A stretch of DNA of 64,000 bases from an uncultured Chloroflexia bacterium (GTDB lineage Bacteria > Chloroflexota > Limnocylindria > Limnocylindrales > CSP1-4). The notes beneath the pieces were generated by a model. That model was not told the origin of the DNA and did not search any database. It saw only the letters and a program-made list of their open reading frames with translations. Made by a program: the position numbers and the translations under genes. The stretch spans positions 708,811-772,810 of the forward strand of contig CAVQYA010000001.1 of NCBI GenBank assembly GCA_963718085.1, read 5' to 3'. Shown here one piece after another: positions 9,267-20,667 of this stretch; positions within the stretch are counted from its first letter, which is position 1, and every line of letters starts with the position of its first letter.

Positions 9267-10007
9267 ATGAGTGAACGGCTGCCGATCCTTCCCCCCGTCG
9301 CCCCCGCCCACGCGGCCGCGGCGGCCCCGGCGACCACGGTGACGCCGGAGCTGCTCGCCGGCCTCCTCGCGGACGGCGACGACGAGCTCGCGGCCTGGGC
9401 GCTGCACAGCGCCCTGGTCGAGCATCGCCGCGCCGACGTGTTCGACGGGCTGCTCCGGGAGGCCATGTCCCTGGTCGGCCGGCGCTGGCAGGAGGGCCGC
9501 TGGACGGTCGCCGAGGAACACCTCGCGAGCCACACTCTCGCCCGCGGCCTGGAGCGAATCCGCGAGCCTGACCGGCCGGCCGGTCGCGTCGGTCCGCTCG
9601 CCGTGCTTGCGAGCGTCGCCGGTGAGCACCACGCCCTCGGCCTCGCCTGCCTGGACCAGGTCCTTCGCGAGGAGGGCTGGACAGTGGCGAACCTCGGCGC
9701 GGACGTCCCCCCGGCCGACCTCGCCCGCTTCCTCGCCCGCAACCGGGCCGAGCTCGTGGCCCTGTCGGCATCCCTCCCTGAGCGCGCCGACGCGATGCGC
9801 GAATCGGTGGCCGCCGCCCGGGCGGTTCGATCCGACGATCCGCTCCCGATCATGGTCGGCGGAGCCCTGGCCGAAGACGCAGAGCTCATGCGATCCCTCG
9901 ACGCGGCCTGGTCCGGGACCTCCCTCACTTCCGCGGCGGAATACGCAGCCGGCCTTCGCGACCGCATATCCGACCGCCGGCCGTCAGAGGTGTCCGAGCT
10001 GCCCTGA
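9267..10007 (+). CDS. stand-alone cobalamin (B12)-binding domain protein (CarH/MerR C-terminal-domain-like, no HTH)
   Basis: LAVLASVAGEHHALGLACLDQVLREEGWTVANLGADVP matches the B12-binding Rossmann fold with ExHxxG. Internal ATG at 9267. Confidence 0.55.
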   Translation: MSERLPILPPVAPAHAAAAAPATTVTPELLAGLLADGDDELAAWALHSALVEHRRADVFDGLLREAMSLVGRRWQEGRWTVAEEHLASHTLARGLERIREPDRPAGRVGPLAVLASVAGEHHALGLACLDQVLREEGWTVANLGADVPPADLARFLARNRAELVALSASLPERADAMRESVAAARAVRSDDPLPIMVGGALAEDAELMRSLDAAWSGTSLTSAAEYAAGLRDRISDRRPSEVSELP

Positions 10008-10499
10008 CGGTCGCGGCGGGCCACGGCCGACAGAGCGCGCATCGCGATCGGGCCCGTCCCGGACCGCCCGCGGGCATCGCGGGACGCCCCCGAAGGTGCC
10101 GCTGCGCACCGGGCGAGAGTCCGGGGTCGGTGCTGGCAAGCCATCGACCTTCGACTGCCGGCAACCCGGACGAGCCACCCATGGCCGGCACTGCCATCGG
10201 AGGCGTACGGTGCCCTGGTCAGCCGCCGACGCGACACCGGGACCAACCTGGGGCGTCGGTCACGGGTCGACATCGGGAGACGCGCAATCGTCGAGGACGC
10301 CGGGCTCGGCGTCGAGAGGTGCGCCCCTCCGATATCGACCACGAGCCGAGTAACTACGGGCATCCGGCCAGCAGGCCCGGACGCGACGGCGGCGGCGGAC
10401 TCATCGGCCGGCGGTGCTCCTGCCGCCGGACCGGCCGGCGCGGGATCCGGGCGGGGCGCCCACGGCAGGGCGCCCCGCTGCGTCGTCACGGACGGGGGC

Positions 10500-11210
10500 T
10501 CAGCCCGCGGCCTCCTGGGACCGCGCCGCGGCAACCACCCGCGCGGCATCGAGGATGTCGGGGTCCCGCGTGATCGCCCGGGCGAGCCAGCTCACGTAGG
10601 ACGGCTCGACGGCCTCGATCTCCCCGAGCGCCCGGCCGTGGAACTTCCCGAAGGCGATCGTCGTTGCCCGCGCGGCCTCCAGCGTCGGCAACGCCCGGTG
10701 GCGCGCACGGCGAGCGCGCAGCCGCTCCAGCGGGCCGGTGGGATCGGAGGCGCGGGGCGGCTCCGCTTCCGCCGGACGCGCCTGCGGGGGCCGCCGCCCA
10801 CGCGGGTGATGCCGGTACCCGCCACCACGCGGCGTCGTCGTGGCGTTGTGGGCGTGGAGCAGGTCGCTCGTGTCGAAGCGTGCCGTCACGGGCCGCGTCC
10901 GGGCGGGCGGAGGGGGGCCCGATGGGCGCGCGTCGCTGGCACTGCCGGAGTCCTCTCGGGCGCCGTCGGTCGGACTCCCCGCCTCGTTGGACCCGGCGTG
11001 CCGGCGACCTGCCGGACTGGTCCCGCCCCGCAGGTCCGCGTAGGCCGCGTTGATCTCGGCCATCCGTCGCGTCGCAGCCCGTCGCTCGGCCGTGGTCCCG
11101 GCCAGGTCGGGATGGTGCTCGTGGGCGAGCCGGCGCCACGCGGCCTTGATCGCCGCGGCGCTCGCGCCGGGAGCGACGCCGAGCACGGAGTGGGGATCGC
11201 GCCGGACCAT
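10500..11210 (-). CDS. DnaJ (J-domain) protein with C-terminal DUF3820-like domain
   Basis: J-domain with HPD motif (LAHEHHPDL). C-terminal FGKFHGRALGEI motif. Confidence 0.7.
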   Translation of the reverse strand: MVRRDPHSVLGVAPGASAAAIKAAWRRLAHEHHPDLAGTTAERRAATRRMAEINAAYADLRGGTSPAGRRHAGSNEAGSPTDGAREDSGSASDARPSGPPPPARTRPVTARFDTSDLLHAHNATTTPRGGGYRHHPRGRRPPQARPAEAEPPRASDPTGPLERLRARRARHRALPTLEAARATTIAFGKFHGRALGEIEAVEPSYVSWLARAITRDPDILDAARVVAAARSQEAAG

Positions 11211-11337
11211 CCGTCCATCCTAGGCGCTACGCTTCAGGCATGCCGGAGCGTGCCTCCCGCCGCGCGAGGCGTGCCGTCGCCGCTGCTCCGGCCGCGGCCA
11301 GCGCGGCCTCGTGAATGGCCACACGGAGGAGAGGATC

Positions 11338-11886
11338 ATGCCGGACGACGATCTGCAGCCCGCCCTCGGAACCTGGGAGGCCATCAATTCGCTGCGCGTC
11401 GTCCGTGATTTCGCGCCGCGCCCGCTGGAGCCATGGGTAGTGGAGCGGCTCCTCGACGCCGGCCGGCGCACCGGGAGCTCGAAGAACCAGCAGCGCTGGG
11501 CGTTCATCGTCTGCCGCGACCGCGCCCATCTAGCCGAGCTGTCGACGCTCGGTCCGTGGGCCGGCCACCTGGCCGGCGCCGCCGTGGCGATCGCCCTCGT
11601 CACGCCGGAACCGGCGGCGAGCGATGCTCCCCTCTCGGTCATGTGGGACCTGGGCCGGGCGGCACAGAGCATGGTCCTCGCCGCCTGGGAGCTCGGGATC
11701 GGCAGCGTCCCGGCCACCGTCTACGAGCACGACCGGGCGCGCGAACTCCTCGGTTACCCGGCCGACTGGCACTGCGAGTTCATTCTCTCGTTCGGCCACC
11801 CGGCCGAGCGGGCCGTCCTCACGGCGCCCAAGCGGGCCGGCGGCCGCAAGGCGCTCGCCGACATCGTCCACGAGGAGCGCTGGTAG
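11338..11886 (+). CDS. nitroreductase-family protein
   Basis: Nitroreductase fold motifs (SSKNQQRWAFIV, AAWELGIGS). ATG at 11338 with GGAGGAG RBS. Confidence 0.7.
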   Translation: MPDDDLQPALGTWEAINSLRVVRDFAPRPLEPWVVERLLDAGRRTGSSKNQQRWAFIVCRDRAHLAELSTLGPWAGHLAGAAVAIALVTPEPAASDAPLSVMWDLGRAAQSMVLAAWELGIGSVPATVYEHDRARELLGYPADWHCEFILSFGHPAERAVLTAPKRAGGRKALADIVHEERW

Positions 11887-11951
11887 GGCACTCGCGGGCG
11901 CTGACGACGCGACCGAGACCCGCAGGCGCAGCCGACGGTAGGCGGTCGCGC

Positions 11952-12395
11952 TCAGCGATGCTTCCGCAGGTAGGTGGTGAGCGAGGCGTCGAACCCGGCC
12001 GCCTCGAAGAGCCGGCGGGCATCCGCGCGGTGATGGCCCGCGGTCGCCTCCACGAAGGCACAACCGGCGTCCGCCGCTACCCGGTCGACCTCGGCGAGGA
12101 GGGCGCGGCCGATCCCGCGCGATCGGATCGCAGGATCGACGACCATCGCGATCACCCGGGCCAGGTGATCGTCGTGCTCGAAGCGGGGGACCAGGTGGAC
12201 GGCGACGAACCCGAGGCGCTCGCCGTCGTGCTCGGCGACCCTGACCAGCGACCCCATCTCCGCGAAGCGCTCCAGGCGGCGGACGATGTCGCTGGCTCCG
12301 GCCGGATAGCCCTCATCGGAGAGCAGTCCTGCGATCCAGTCGGCGTCGGCGGGCTCCGCGTCGCGGAAGGTGGGTGCGGCCTCGGTCTCGGTCAT
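11952..12395 (-). CDS. GNAT family N-acetyltransferase
   Basis: 147 aa with acetyl-CoA-binding motif (VDPAIRSRGIGRALL). Confidence 0.8.
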   Translation of the reverse strand: MTETEAAPTFRDAEPADADWIAGLLSDEGYPAGASDIVRRLERFAEMGSLVRVAEHDGERLGFVAVHLVPRFEHDDHLARVIAMVVDPAIRSRGIGRALLAEVDRVAADAGCAFVEATAGHHRADARRLFEAAGFDASLTTYLRKHR

Positions 12396-12440
12396 TGCTC
12401 GATGGTAGCCCAGGCGCCGGTGGCGGGCCCGAGCCCTGGC

Positions 12441-13454
12441 TCAGGCGGGCTTCTGCGCGACCAGCAGGGTAGCGTCCGACGGCAGGGAGATCGCCAGCGG
12501 CGCCGGAAGGCCGGCCGCCTCGAACAGGAGGGCGTGCTCCTCCACGGTCCGCAGCCGGCCGCCGTGGAGGGCCTCGTCCAGGGCGACGCCGGTTATCAGC
12601 TGCCCGTGCAGGGTCGCCAGGTCGTCGCGGCTCGAGGGGAGGCACCAGCCCAGGACGAGGATCCGGCCGGCCGGCCGGAGGGCGCGCCAGGCCGCGGCCA
12701 GCGCGGCGACCGGGTCCGCGATCACGTGGAGGGCGTGCTGGAAGTACGCCAGGTCGAAGGCGGCCTGGTGGGTGATCGCGGCCACCTCGCCATGCTCGAT
12801 GCGAATCCGGGACCCCAGCCCGGCTTCCGCTATGAGGCGCATCGCGCGGGCGGTCGAGTCGGGCTCCGACTCGACGCCCACGAGCCGAGCGGCGGGAAAC
12901 CGTCGTGCGACCGCCACGAGCCAGCGGCCGCCGCCGCAGTGGAGGTCGATCACGTCTGAACCACCCGCGAGCTCGGTGACGAGGTCCGGGATCGCGGCGA
13001 GCGCCTCCTCGAAGAAGACCGCGATGTCCTGGCGCGTCAGCTGCTCGATGGAGCGGTGGTAGCGGGGCGGCCGCAGGGCCACGGGCCGGCCGGTGCGGAG
13101 GAGCTCGGCCATCTCCCCGTAGTCCAGGCTCGCGATCACGGTGTAGGCGAACTGCCCGCCGAGGTATTCGGGTCGATCCACGTCGAGGAGGATCGAGGCG
13201 GTCGCGTCGTCGAGGCGCAGGCGCTCCCCGTCGTCGTCGACCAGGTCGCAGGCGTAGGCCGCGCGACACCAGGCGGCGATCGGGTTGGGAGCGGTCGCGG
13301 TCGCCGCCGCGAGCTCGACCGGGGAGAGGCCCGCAGGCCCGGACCTGCGGAGGGCGGCGAAGAGGCCGAGCTCGAGGCCGAGCTGGACAGCCCACGAGCG
13401 GTAGAAGCCGCCCAGGCTCGTGACGAGGTCGTCGAAGCGATCGTCGAGCGTCAT
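12441..13454 (-). CDS. class I SAM-dependent O-methyltransferase (family-2 OMT with N-terminal dimerisation domain)
   Basis: LHCGGGRW SAM motif. Start taken at internal Met (MTLDDRF), coordinate approximate to within a few nt. Confidence 0.7.
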   Translation of the reverse strand: MTLDDRFDDLVTSLGGFYRSWAVQLGLELGLFAALRRSGPAGLSPVELAAATATAPNPIAAWCRAAYACDLVDDDGERLRLDDATASILLDVDRPEYLGGQFAYTVIASLDYGEMAELLRTGRPVALRPPRYHRSIEQLTRQDIAVFFEEALAAIPDLVTELAGGSDVIDLHCGGGRWLVAVARRFPAARLVGVESEPDSTARAMRLIAEAGLGSRIRIEHGEVAAITHQAAFDLAYFQHALHVIADPVAALAAAWRALRPAGRILVLGWCLPSSRDDLATLHGQLITGVALDEALHGGRLRTVEEHALLFEAAGLPAPLAISLPSDATLLVAQKPA

Positions 13455-13540
13455 CGCGCGCCGATTGTCGCACGACGCGCCCGCGCGGGACAGCCGGATC
13501 GAGCGCACGCGAAGCGGCCGGGAATGCGATCCTGCGCGGC

Positions 13541-14497
13541 ATGCCGAATGGAAGCTCGCCTGTGCCCGCGTCCCCGCTCCGCGTGGCCGTCGCCCTCGGC
13601 GCGCTCTACGTCGTGTGGGGCTCCACCTACCTCGCCATCCGCGTCGCCGTCGAGACGATCCCTCCCCTGACCCAATCCGCGGTGCGCTTCCTCATCGCCG
13701 GGTCGATCCTCTACCTGCTCACGATCCGGAGCCGCAGCGCTTCCGGCAGGCGGCCCGGCCGCCTCGAATGGCGGGACGCGGCGATCATCGGCGGCCTCCT
13801 CCTGGCCGGCGGCAACGGCCTCCTCGCGATCGGCGAGCAGACGGTCCCGTCGGGGATCGCGGCCCTGATCGTCGCCACGCTCCCGCTCTGGGTCGCCATG
13901 CTCGGCCGTCTCTTCTTCGGCGTGGTCCTCACCCGGACGATCGTGGCCGGGACCGTCATAGGGCTCGCCGGCGTCGCCGTGCTCGTGTGGCCCTCGGGGG
14001 CACCCGGCGGCCTCGACCCGTTCGGCGTCGCGGTCGTGCTCCTTTCGCCTGTCCTGTGGGCCACCGGTTCGCTCTTCAGCCGGACCGCCCACGCGCCGGA
14101 GCACCCGCTCGTCGGCACGGCCATGCAGATGCTGGCCGGCAGCGCCATCCTCTTCGTGCTGGCGGCGGCCAGCGGCGAGATCTTCCGGGTGCGCGTGGCC
14201 GAGATCACCCCGGCGTCGTTCGCCGCCGTCGGGTATCTCATCCTCGTCGGCTCCCTCGTCGGCTACACGGCCTACGTCTGGCTCCTGCGCGTGGCACCGA
14301 TCTCGCTCGTCGCGACCTACGCCTTCGTGAACCCCGTGATCGCGGTCATCCTGGGCTCGCTCCTCCTTGCCGAGCCGCTGGAGCCCCGGACGCTGGCGGC
14401 CGGGGGGATCATCGTCTTGGCCGTCGCCGTCATCGTGCGGGCGCGCGCCGGCGAGTCGCGACGCGCGGCGAAGGAAGAGGTGGCCGAGCCCGGCTGA
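13541..14497 (+). CDS. EamA/DMT-superfamily transporter (10 TM)
   Basis: 318 aa, two EamA repeats, hydrophobic throughout. Confidence 0.8.
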   Translation: MPNGSSPVPASPLRVAVALGALYVVWGSTYLAIRVAVETIPPLTQSAVRFLIAGSILYLLTIRSRSASGRRPGRLEWRDAAIIGGLLLAGGNGLLAIGEQTVPSGIAALIVATLPLWVAMLGRLFFGVVLTRTIVAGTVIGLAGVAVLVWPSGAPGGLDPFGVAVVLLSPVLWATGSLFSRTAHAPEHPLVGTAMQMLAGSAILFVLAAASGEIFRVRVAEITPASFAAVGYLILVGSLVGYTAYVWLLRVAPISLVATYAFVNPVIAVILGSLLLAEPLEPRTLAAGGIIVLAVAVIVRARAGESRRAAKEEVAEPG

Positions 14498-14520
14498 GCG
14501 TGACGCTCGAGGGACGTTGA

Positions 14521-16104
<1,584 letters not shown>

Positions 16105-16166
16105 CCGCTCCACTCCTGCGCCGCCCCGTCCCGCGCGGCGGAGTACATCGTGCTACACTGTAGTAT

Positions 16167-16607
16167 GTGAGCGAACGACCAGCACCGAAACGCGCCGTGC
16201 GCGAGGTTCGAAGCTTCCGGCTCGCCCAGGACGTGGTCGATCGGCTCGACCTCTACGCGGCGTCGGTCGGGTCGAACCGCAACACCGTGGCGGAGCGATT
16301 CCTCGAGGAGGCGCTCCGCCTCGTCGAGCACCCCGGGATCGTCTTCCGGGACGGTCCGGCGGGGCGCCGGCCGGGGCTGGCCGCCTCGGGCCTCGACGTG
16401 TGGGAGGTCGTCGAGACGGTCTCGGACAACGCCGGCAGCGTCCCGGATGCGGCCGAGTACCTCGAGATCGCCCAGCACCTGGTCGCATCGGCGATGCGGT
16501 ACTACGCCGCATACCCCGGAGAGATCGACGCGTGGATCGCCGCCGACCGCGAGTTGGCCGACCGCGAGCTCGAACTGTTCGAACGCCAGCGGCAACGCCT
16601 CGCGTGA
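16167..16607 (+). CDS. RHH (CopG-like) + DUF433 domain protein, antitoxin-like
   Basis: N-terminal ribbon-helix-helix (SFRLAQDVVDRLDLYA), central DUF433-like segment. Stop overlaps the next start (GTGA). Confidence 0.6.
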   Translation: MSERPAPKRAVREVRSFRLAQDVVDRLDLYAASVGSNRNTVAERFLEEALRLVEHPGIVFRDGPAGRRPGLAASGLDVWEVVETVSDNAGSVPDAAEYLEIAQHLVASAMRYYAAYPGEIDAWIAADRELADRELELFERQRQRLA

Positions 16608-16978
16608 GGCTTCTCCTCGACGAGCATCTCCCTCCGCGTATCGCGGTCCAGCTGCGTCGCCGGGGTCACGATGTCGTCGCGGTGGTCGAGCGCCCCGACC
16701 TTCATCGTGCGGCGGACACGACACTGTGGGCTTCCGCGCGCGCGGAGCGGCGCATGATCGTGACGCAGGACGTGAGCGACTTCATGCGGCTGGCGCTGCA
16801 GGACGCCGCGATCGGGAGGCCCCATCCGGGCCTCGTGTTGATCCACCATCGGCGCTTCCCCCGGGGCAGCCGACAAGTCGGGCGTCTCGTGGCATCCCTC
16901 GGCGCGCTGCTCGCCGCAAGCCCGGCCGATGATGCCCTCGCTGCACGGGTCGTCTGGCTCGAGGCGGACCCCGGCTAG
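16604..16978 (+). CDS. DUF5615 (PIN-like/Mut7-C-type) protein, toxin-like partner of DUF433
   Basis: 124 aa from GTG at 16604, LLLDEHLP N-terminus typical of DUF5615. Translationally coupled to the upstream gene. Confidence 0.55.
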   Translation: MRLLLDEHLPPRIAVQLRRRGHDVVAVVERPDLHRAADTTLWASARAERRMIVTQDVSDFMRLALQDAAIGRPHPGLVLIHHRRFPRGSRQVGRLVASLGALLAASPADDALAARVVWLEADPG

Positions 16979-17026
16979 GCGGCGAGGCGGCTCGGGCCCT
17001 CGCCGGTCAACCGTCCCGTCTCGTCG

Positions 17027-18307
17027 TCAGGCGTGCCGCCCGAGGGCCGGCCAGCGTTCGAAGCCCTGCGCCGGGAGCGGCTCGCAGCGGATCGGCCGGT
17101 CCGCGCGGTAGCCGAGGGCGTAGTCCGCCTGGATGAGCGTGTGGAGCTGGCTCGTCCCCTCGTAGATCACGGCCGCCTTGCTGTTGCGCAGGTAGCGCTC
17201 CACGGGGAACTCGTTCGAGTAGCCGTTCGCGCCGTGGACCTGGACCGCGTCGAGCGCCGCCTGGACGCTGTGCTCCGTGGCATGCCACTTGGCCAGTGAC
17301 GTCTCGCGAGTCGTGCGCACGCCGTGGTTCTTCAGCCAGCCGGCTCGCCAGACGAGAAGCCGCCCTATCTCGGTCCCCTTCGCCATGTTGGCGATCATCT
17401 GCTTGACGAGCTGGTGCTCTCCGATCTCCCTGCCGAACGTCTCCCGCTCGTGGGCGTACTTCACGGAGGCATCCAGGCAGGCCTGGGCAAGGCCAACTGC
17501 GCCGGCAGCCACGGTGTAGCGACCCTGGTCGATGGCGCTCATCGCGACCAGGAAGCCCTCGCCCTCCTCGCCGATCCGGTTCCCGGCCGGGACCTCGAGG
17601 TTGTCCATGGTGATGAGCCCGGTGTTGCCGGCCCGGATCCCCAGCTTGCCGTGGAGCGTCCCGGTGGTCAGCCCCTTCATCCCCCGCTCCAGCATGAACG
17701 CTGTCACGCCCTTGTGCCTCTTCGACCGGTCGACCGAGGCGAAGACGAGGAAGTGGTCGGCCAGGTCGGCCAGGCTGATCCAGATCTTCGAGCCGTTGAG
17801 CACGTAGGCGTCACCCTCGCGGCGGGCCGTCGCCTGCAGCGCGCCGGCGTCGGTGCCCACCCCCGGCTCGGTGAGCGCGAAGGTCGCCAGCTTCTGCCCC
17901 TGGGCCTGCGGGACGAGCCAGCGTCGCTTCTGCTCGTCGGTCGCCCACTGGAGGAGGGCCAGCGAGTTGAGCCCGACGTGGACGCTCATCACGACCCGGA
18001 AGGCCGTGTCGGCGCGCTCCAGCTCCTCGCACAGGATGGCGAACGAGACGTAGTCGAGGCCGGAGCCGCCCCACTCCTCGGGGATCGCGGCGCCCAGGTA
18101 GCCCAGCTCCCCCATCCTGGAGAAGACCTCGGGGTGCGCCTCGCCCCGCTCGTCCCACTCGCGGATGCCGGGGAGGATCTCGGCCTCCACGAACTCGCGG
18201 ATGGATTCGCGCACGAGGCGGTTCTCGTCGGACAGGCTGAGGTCGATCACCGGAGGGCTGGCTCCTGCTGGCGCCGCGCGAAGGGGAGACTCGGTCGCGT
18301 CGGCCAC
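17027..18307 (-). CDS. acyl-CoA dehydrogenase
   Basis: 426 aa with ACAD motifs (TEPGVGTDAG, catalytic YEGTSQLH) and ~25-aa extensions at both ends. Confidence 0.85.
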   Translation of the reverse strand: MADATESPLRAAPAGASPPVIDLSLSDENRLVRESIREFVEAEILPGIREWDERGEAHPEVFSRMGELGYLGAAIPEEWGGSGLDYVSFAILCEELERADTAFRVVMSVHVGLNSLALLQWATDEQKRRWLVPQAQGQKLATFALTEPGVGTDAGALQATARREGDAYVLNGSKIWISLADLADHFLVFASVDRSKRHKGVTAFMLERGMKGLTTGTLHGKLGIRAGNTGLITMDNLEVPAGNRIGEEGEGFLVAMSAIDQGRYTVAAGAVGLAQACLDASVKYAHERETFGREIGEHQLVKQMIANMAKGTEIGRLLVWRAGWLKNHGVRTTRETSLAKWHATEHSVQAALDAVQVHGANGYSNEFPVERYLRNSKAAVIYEGTSQLHTLIQADYALGYRADRPIRCEPLPAQGFERWPALGRHA

Positions 18308-18400
18308 CCGATTGTAGTTGCCGGCCCCCTATACTCGGGCCAGGTCCGCCGCAGCCCGCCGCAATCCGGCCCGGCCGGCGACGTACCCGAGGGTCGTCCC

Positions 18401-19729
18401 ATGGACACGCTGACCACCCCCGCCGCCGCCCTGCCGGCCGCCAGGGGGCTGAACCTGGCCGCGCTCGCGGCCGACAACCTGACCCCCGTGCTCGGCCGCT
18501 ACTTCGAGCGCTCGTGGTCCCACGGTGAGGGCCACCGTCTCTACGACACCGACGGCAGGGCCTACCTCGATTTCGCCAATGGGATCGCCGTAAGCGTCCT
18601 GGGTCACCGCAACCCGCGCGTGACGGCGGCCATCCACGCCCAGGTCGACCGCCTGGTCGCACCCATGTCGGCGATGGGCTACGCGGAGTCGACCGTCCGC
18701 CTCGCCCGTGAGCTGGCGGCCGTCCTCCCCGAGCCGATCGACTCGATCTTCTTCATGAACTCCGGCAGCGAGGCAATCGAGGCCGCGATCAAGCTGGCCC
18801 GCCGGGTCACCGGGCGCCCGGGGCTCATCGCCTTCCGCGGTGGGTTCCATGGTCGCACGCTGGGCGCCGCGAGCATCACGAGCTCCAACATCAACTACCG
18901 GAGGGGCTACGAGCCGCTGCTGCCGGGCGTCTACCTGTCCCAGTACCCGTCGGTCTACCGCGACTTCGGCGGGGACGAGGAGCGGGCCGTCGAGGTCGCC
19001 TTCCGCCACCTCCGCGAGCTCCTCCACACGACCATCCCGCCGGAGTCGGTCGCGGCGATCATCCTCGAGCCGGTCCAGGGTGAGGGCGGCTACATCCCGG
19101 CGCCGGCGGCCTTCCTGCAGATCCTTCGCCGCGTCTGCGACAAGCACGGGATCCTGCTCGTCGCCGACGAGGTCCAGGCGGGCTTCGGGCGGACCGGGAA
19201 GATGTGGTCCTTCGAGCACGCCGGGATCGTCCCCGACGTGGTCTGCATGGCCAAGGCGATCGCGAACGGGCTGCCCCTCTCCGCGCTGGCCAGCTCGAAG
19301 GCGCTCCAGGAGAGCTGGGGCAAGGGTGCCCACGGGACCACCTACGGCGGGAATCCCGTCAGTTGCGCGGCCGGCCTGGCCGTCCTCGAGGAGATCCGCG
19401 AACGGGACCTCGTGGCGAACGCGGCCCTGCGGGGAGCGGAGCTCTCGGCGGGCATCCGCGCGATCGCGGCCCGCGACGCCCGCATCGGGGACGTCAGGGG
19501 GCCCGGCCTCATGATCGGCGTGGAGTTCGTGACGGATCGCGCCACCCGGGAGCCCGACGGGCCGACCTGCGAGGCCGTCATCCAGGGCTGCGCCGACGAA
19601 GGGCTGCTGGTCCTGTCCTGCGGCGTCCAGCACAACGTGATCCGCTGGATCGCGCCCCTCGACGTGACGAGCGAGGAGATCGGCGAGGCGCTGGGGATCT
19701 TCGACCGGGTCCTGGCCCGCACGCGCTGA
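18401..19729 (+). CDS. class III (omega/GABA-type) aminotransferase
   Basis: 442 aa from ATG 18401. PLP-lysine motif (CMAKAIANG), LVADEVQAGFGRTG. Confidence 0.85.
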   Translation: MDTLTTPAAALPAARGLNLAALAADNLTPVLGRYFERSWSHGEGHRLYDTDGRAYLDFANGIAVSVLGHRNPRVTAAIHAQVDRLVAPMSAMGYAESTVRLARELAAVLPEPIDSIFFMNSGSEAIEAAIKLARRVTGRPGLIAFRGGFHGRTLGAASITSSNINYRRGYEPLLPGVYLSQYPSVYRDFGGDEERAVEVAFRHLRELLHTTIPPESVAAIILEPVQGEGGYIPAPAAFLQILRRVCDKHGILLVADEVQAGFGRTGKMWSFEHAGIVPDVVCMAKAIANGLPLSALASSKALQESWGKGAHGTTYGGNPVSCAAGLAVLEEIRERDLVANAALRGAELSAGIRAIAARDARIGDVRGPGLMIGVEFVTDRATREPDGPTCEAVIQGCADEGLLVLSCGVQHNVIRWIAPLDVTSEEIGEALGIFDRVLARTR

Positions 19730-19771
19730 GCGCCGGGACGCGCTGAGCGCCGGGACGCGCTGAGCGCCGGG
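19721..19771. repeat. 17-bp tandem repeat x3 (ACGCGCTGAGCGCCGGG), first copy includes the aminotransferase stop codon
   Basis: Read directly from the sequence, between convergent genes. Confidence 0.8.
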
Positions 19772-19776
19772 ACGCC

Positions 19777-19974
19777 TCAGACGGCCCGGCGGGAGTTCCG
19801 GGAGAGGAATGTCATGACGTCCGCGAGCCGGAAGCGGCGGTCCCCGCGCGAGCAGACGCGGAAGAACGGCAGCTCGCCGCGATCGCCCAGGCGCTTCACG
19901 GTGTTCACGTGGAGATGGAGCATCTCGGCCACCTCGCTCGCGGTGAGCAGCGGTCCGAGTTCACTGACGGCCAT
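19777..19974 (-). CDS. excisionase/Xis-family helix-turn-helix DNA-binding protein (65 aa)
   Basis: ASEVAEMLHLHVNTVKRLGDRGELPFFRV matches the MerR-like Xis HTH. Internal Met of a 211-aa GC-extended ORF. Confidence 0.6.
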   Translation of the reverse strand: MAVSELGPLLTASEVAEMLHLHVNTVKRLGDRGELPFFRVCSRGDRRFRLADVMTFLSRNSRRAV

Positions 19975-20193
19975 GCAGAGGGTCCTCGCCTGGTTGAGTC
20001 CCGGGGCACCCGGGACGTCGGGATGGTTCTTGTGCGGTTGGCGCGATTGATGACGGGAGACTAGGAGTCCGGGGGTGGACGAGCCAAGCCGTACATTCGT
20101 GGTAGGCGCCGAGTACCGGAGGTCCGGTGCGGTCGTGCACCGCACGGCTGGACGAACCGGGTAGGATCGCGTGACCACCGCAGGAGGGGATAG

Positions 20194-20667
20194 ATGGCTT
20201 CGCCACAGGCCCGGAGATCGATCCTGGCGAGAACGCTGCCGGCGATCGCGCTCGTCGCGGTCGCGGCGGCCTGTGTCTTCTTCGCTCTCTCGACGGCGCC
20301 CGCGCCCGATTCGACGGGCATCGCGACAGGTGACGCGGCCTTCATCGCACTGCCGGCGTGGTTCACCGCCGGTCTGGCCTTGCTGGCCGCCGCGGCCCTC
20401 TTCCTCGGGCACGAGAACATGACCGTGTACCGGGGCGGCGGGCTCCTGGGGATGTGCGCCGCGGTCGGGGCCGCCGCCGGCGGCTTCCTGAACCTGATCG
20501 GCTACTCGAACAGCAACGTCTGGTGGGCGGCCGACCCGGGGGCGCTCCGCACGGCCGCCGGGATCCTGCTCGTCGTCGCGTTGCTCGGCCTGGCCGTCGT
20601 CGCTGCCGAGCAGCTCCGCCCCGGCTGGCGCCCCCGGCAGGATTCGAACCTGCGACCTAAGGATTAG
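20194..20667 (+). CDS. small hydrophobic membrane protein (4 predicted TM); last ~14 codons overlap and are antisense to tRNA-Arg
   Basis: Hydrophobic 157-aa ORF. The C-terminal ...QDSNLRPKD is the antisense translation of the tRNA T-arm. Confidence 0.45.
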   Translation: MASPQARRSILARTLPAIALVAVAAACVFFALSTAPAPDSTGIATGDAAFIALPAWFTAGLALLAAAALFLGHENMTVYRGGGLLGMCAAVGAAAGGFLNLIGYSNSNVWWAADPGALRTAAGILLVVALLGLAVVAAEQLRPGWRPRQDSNLRPKD

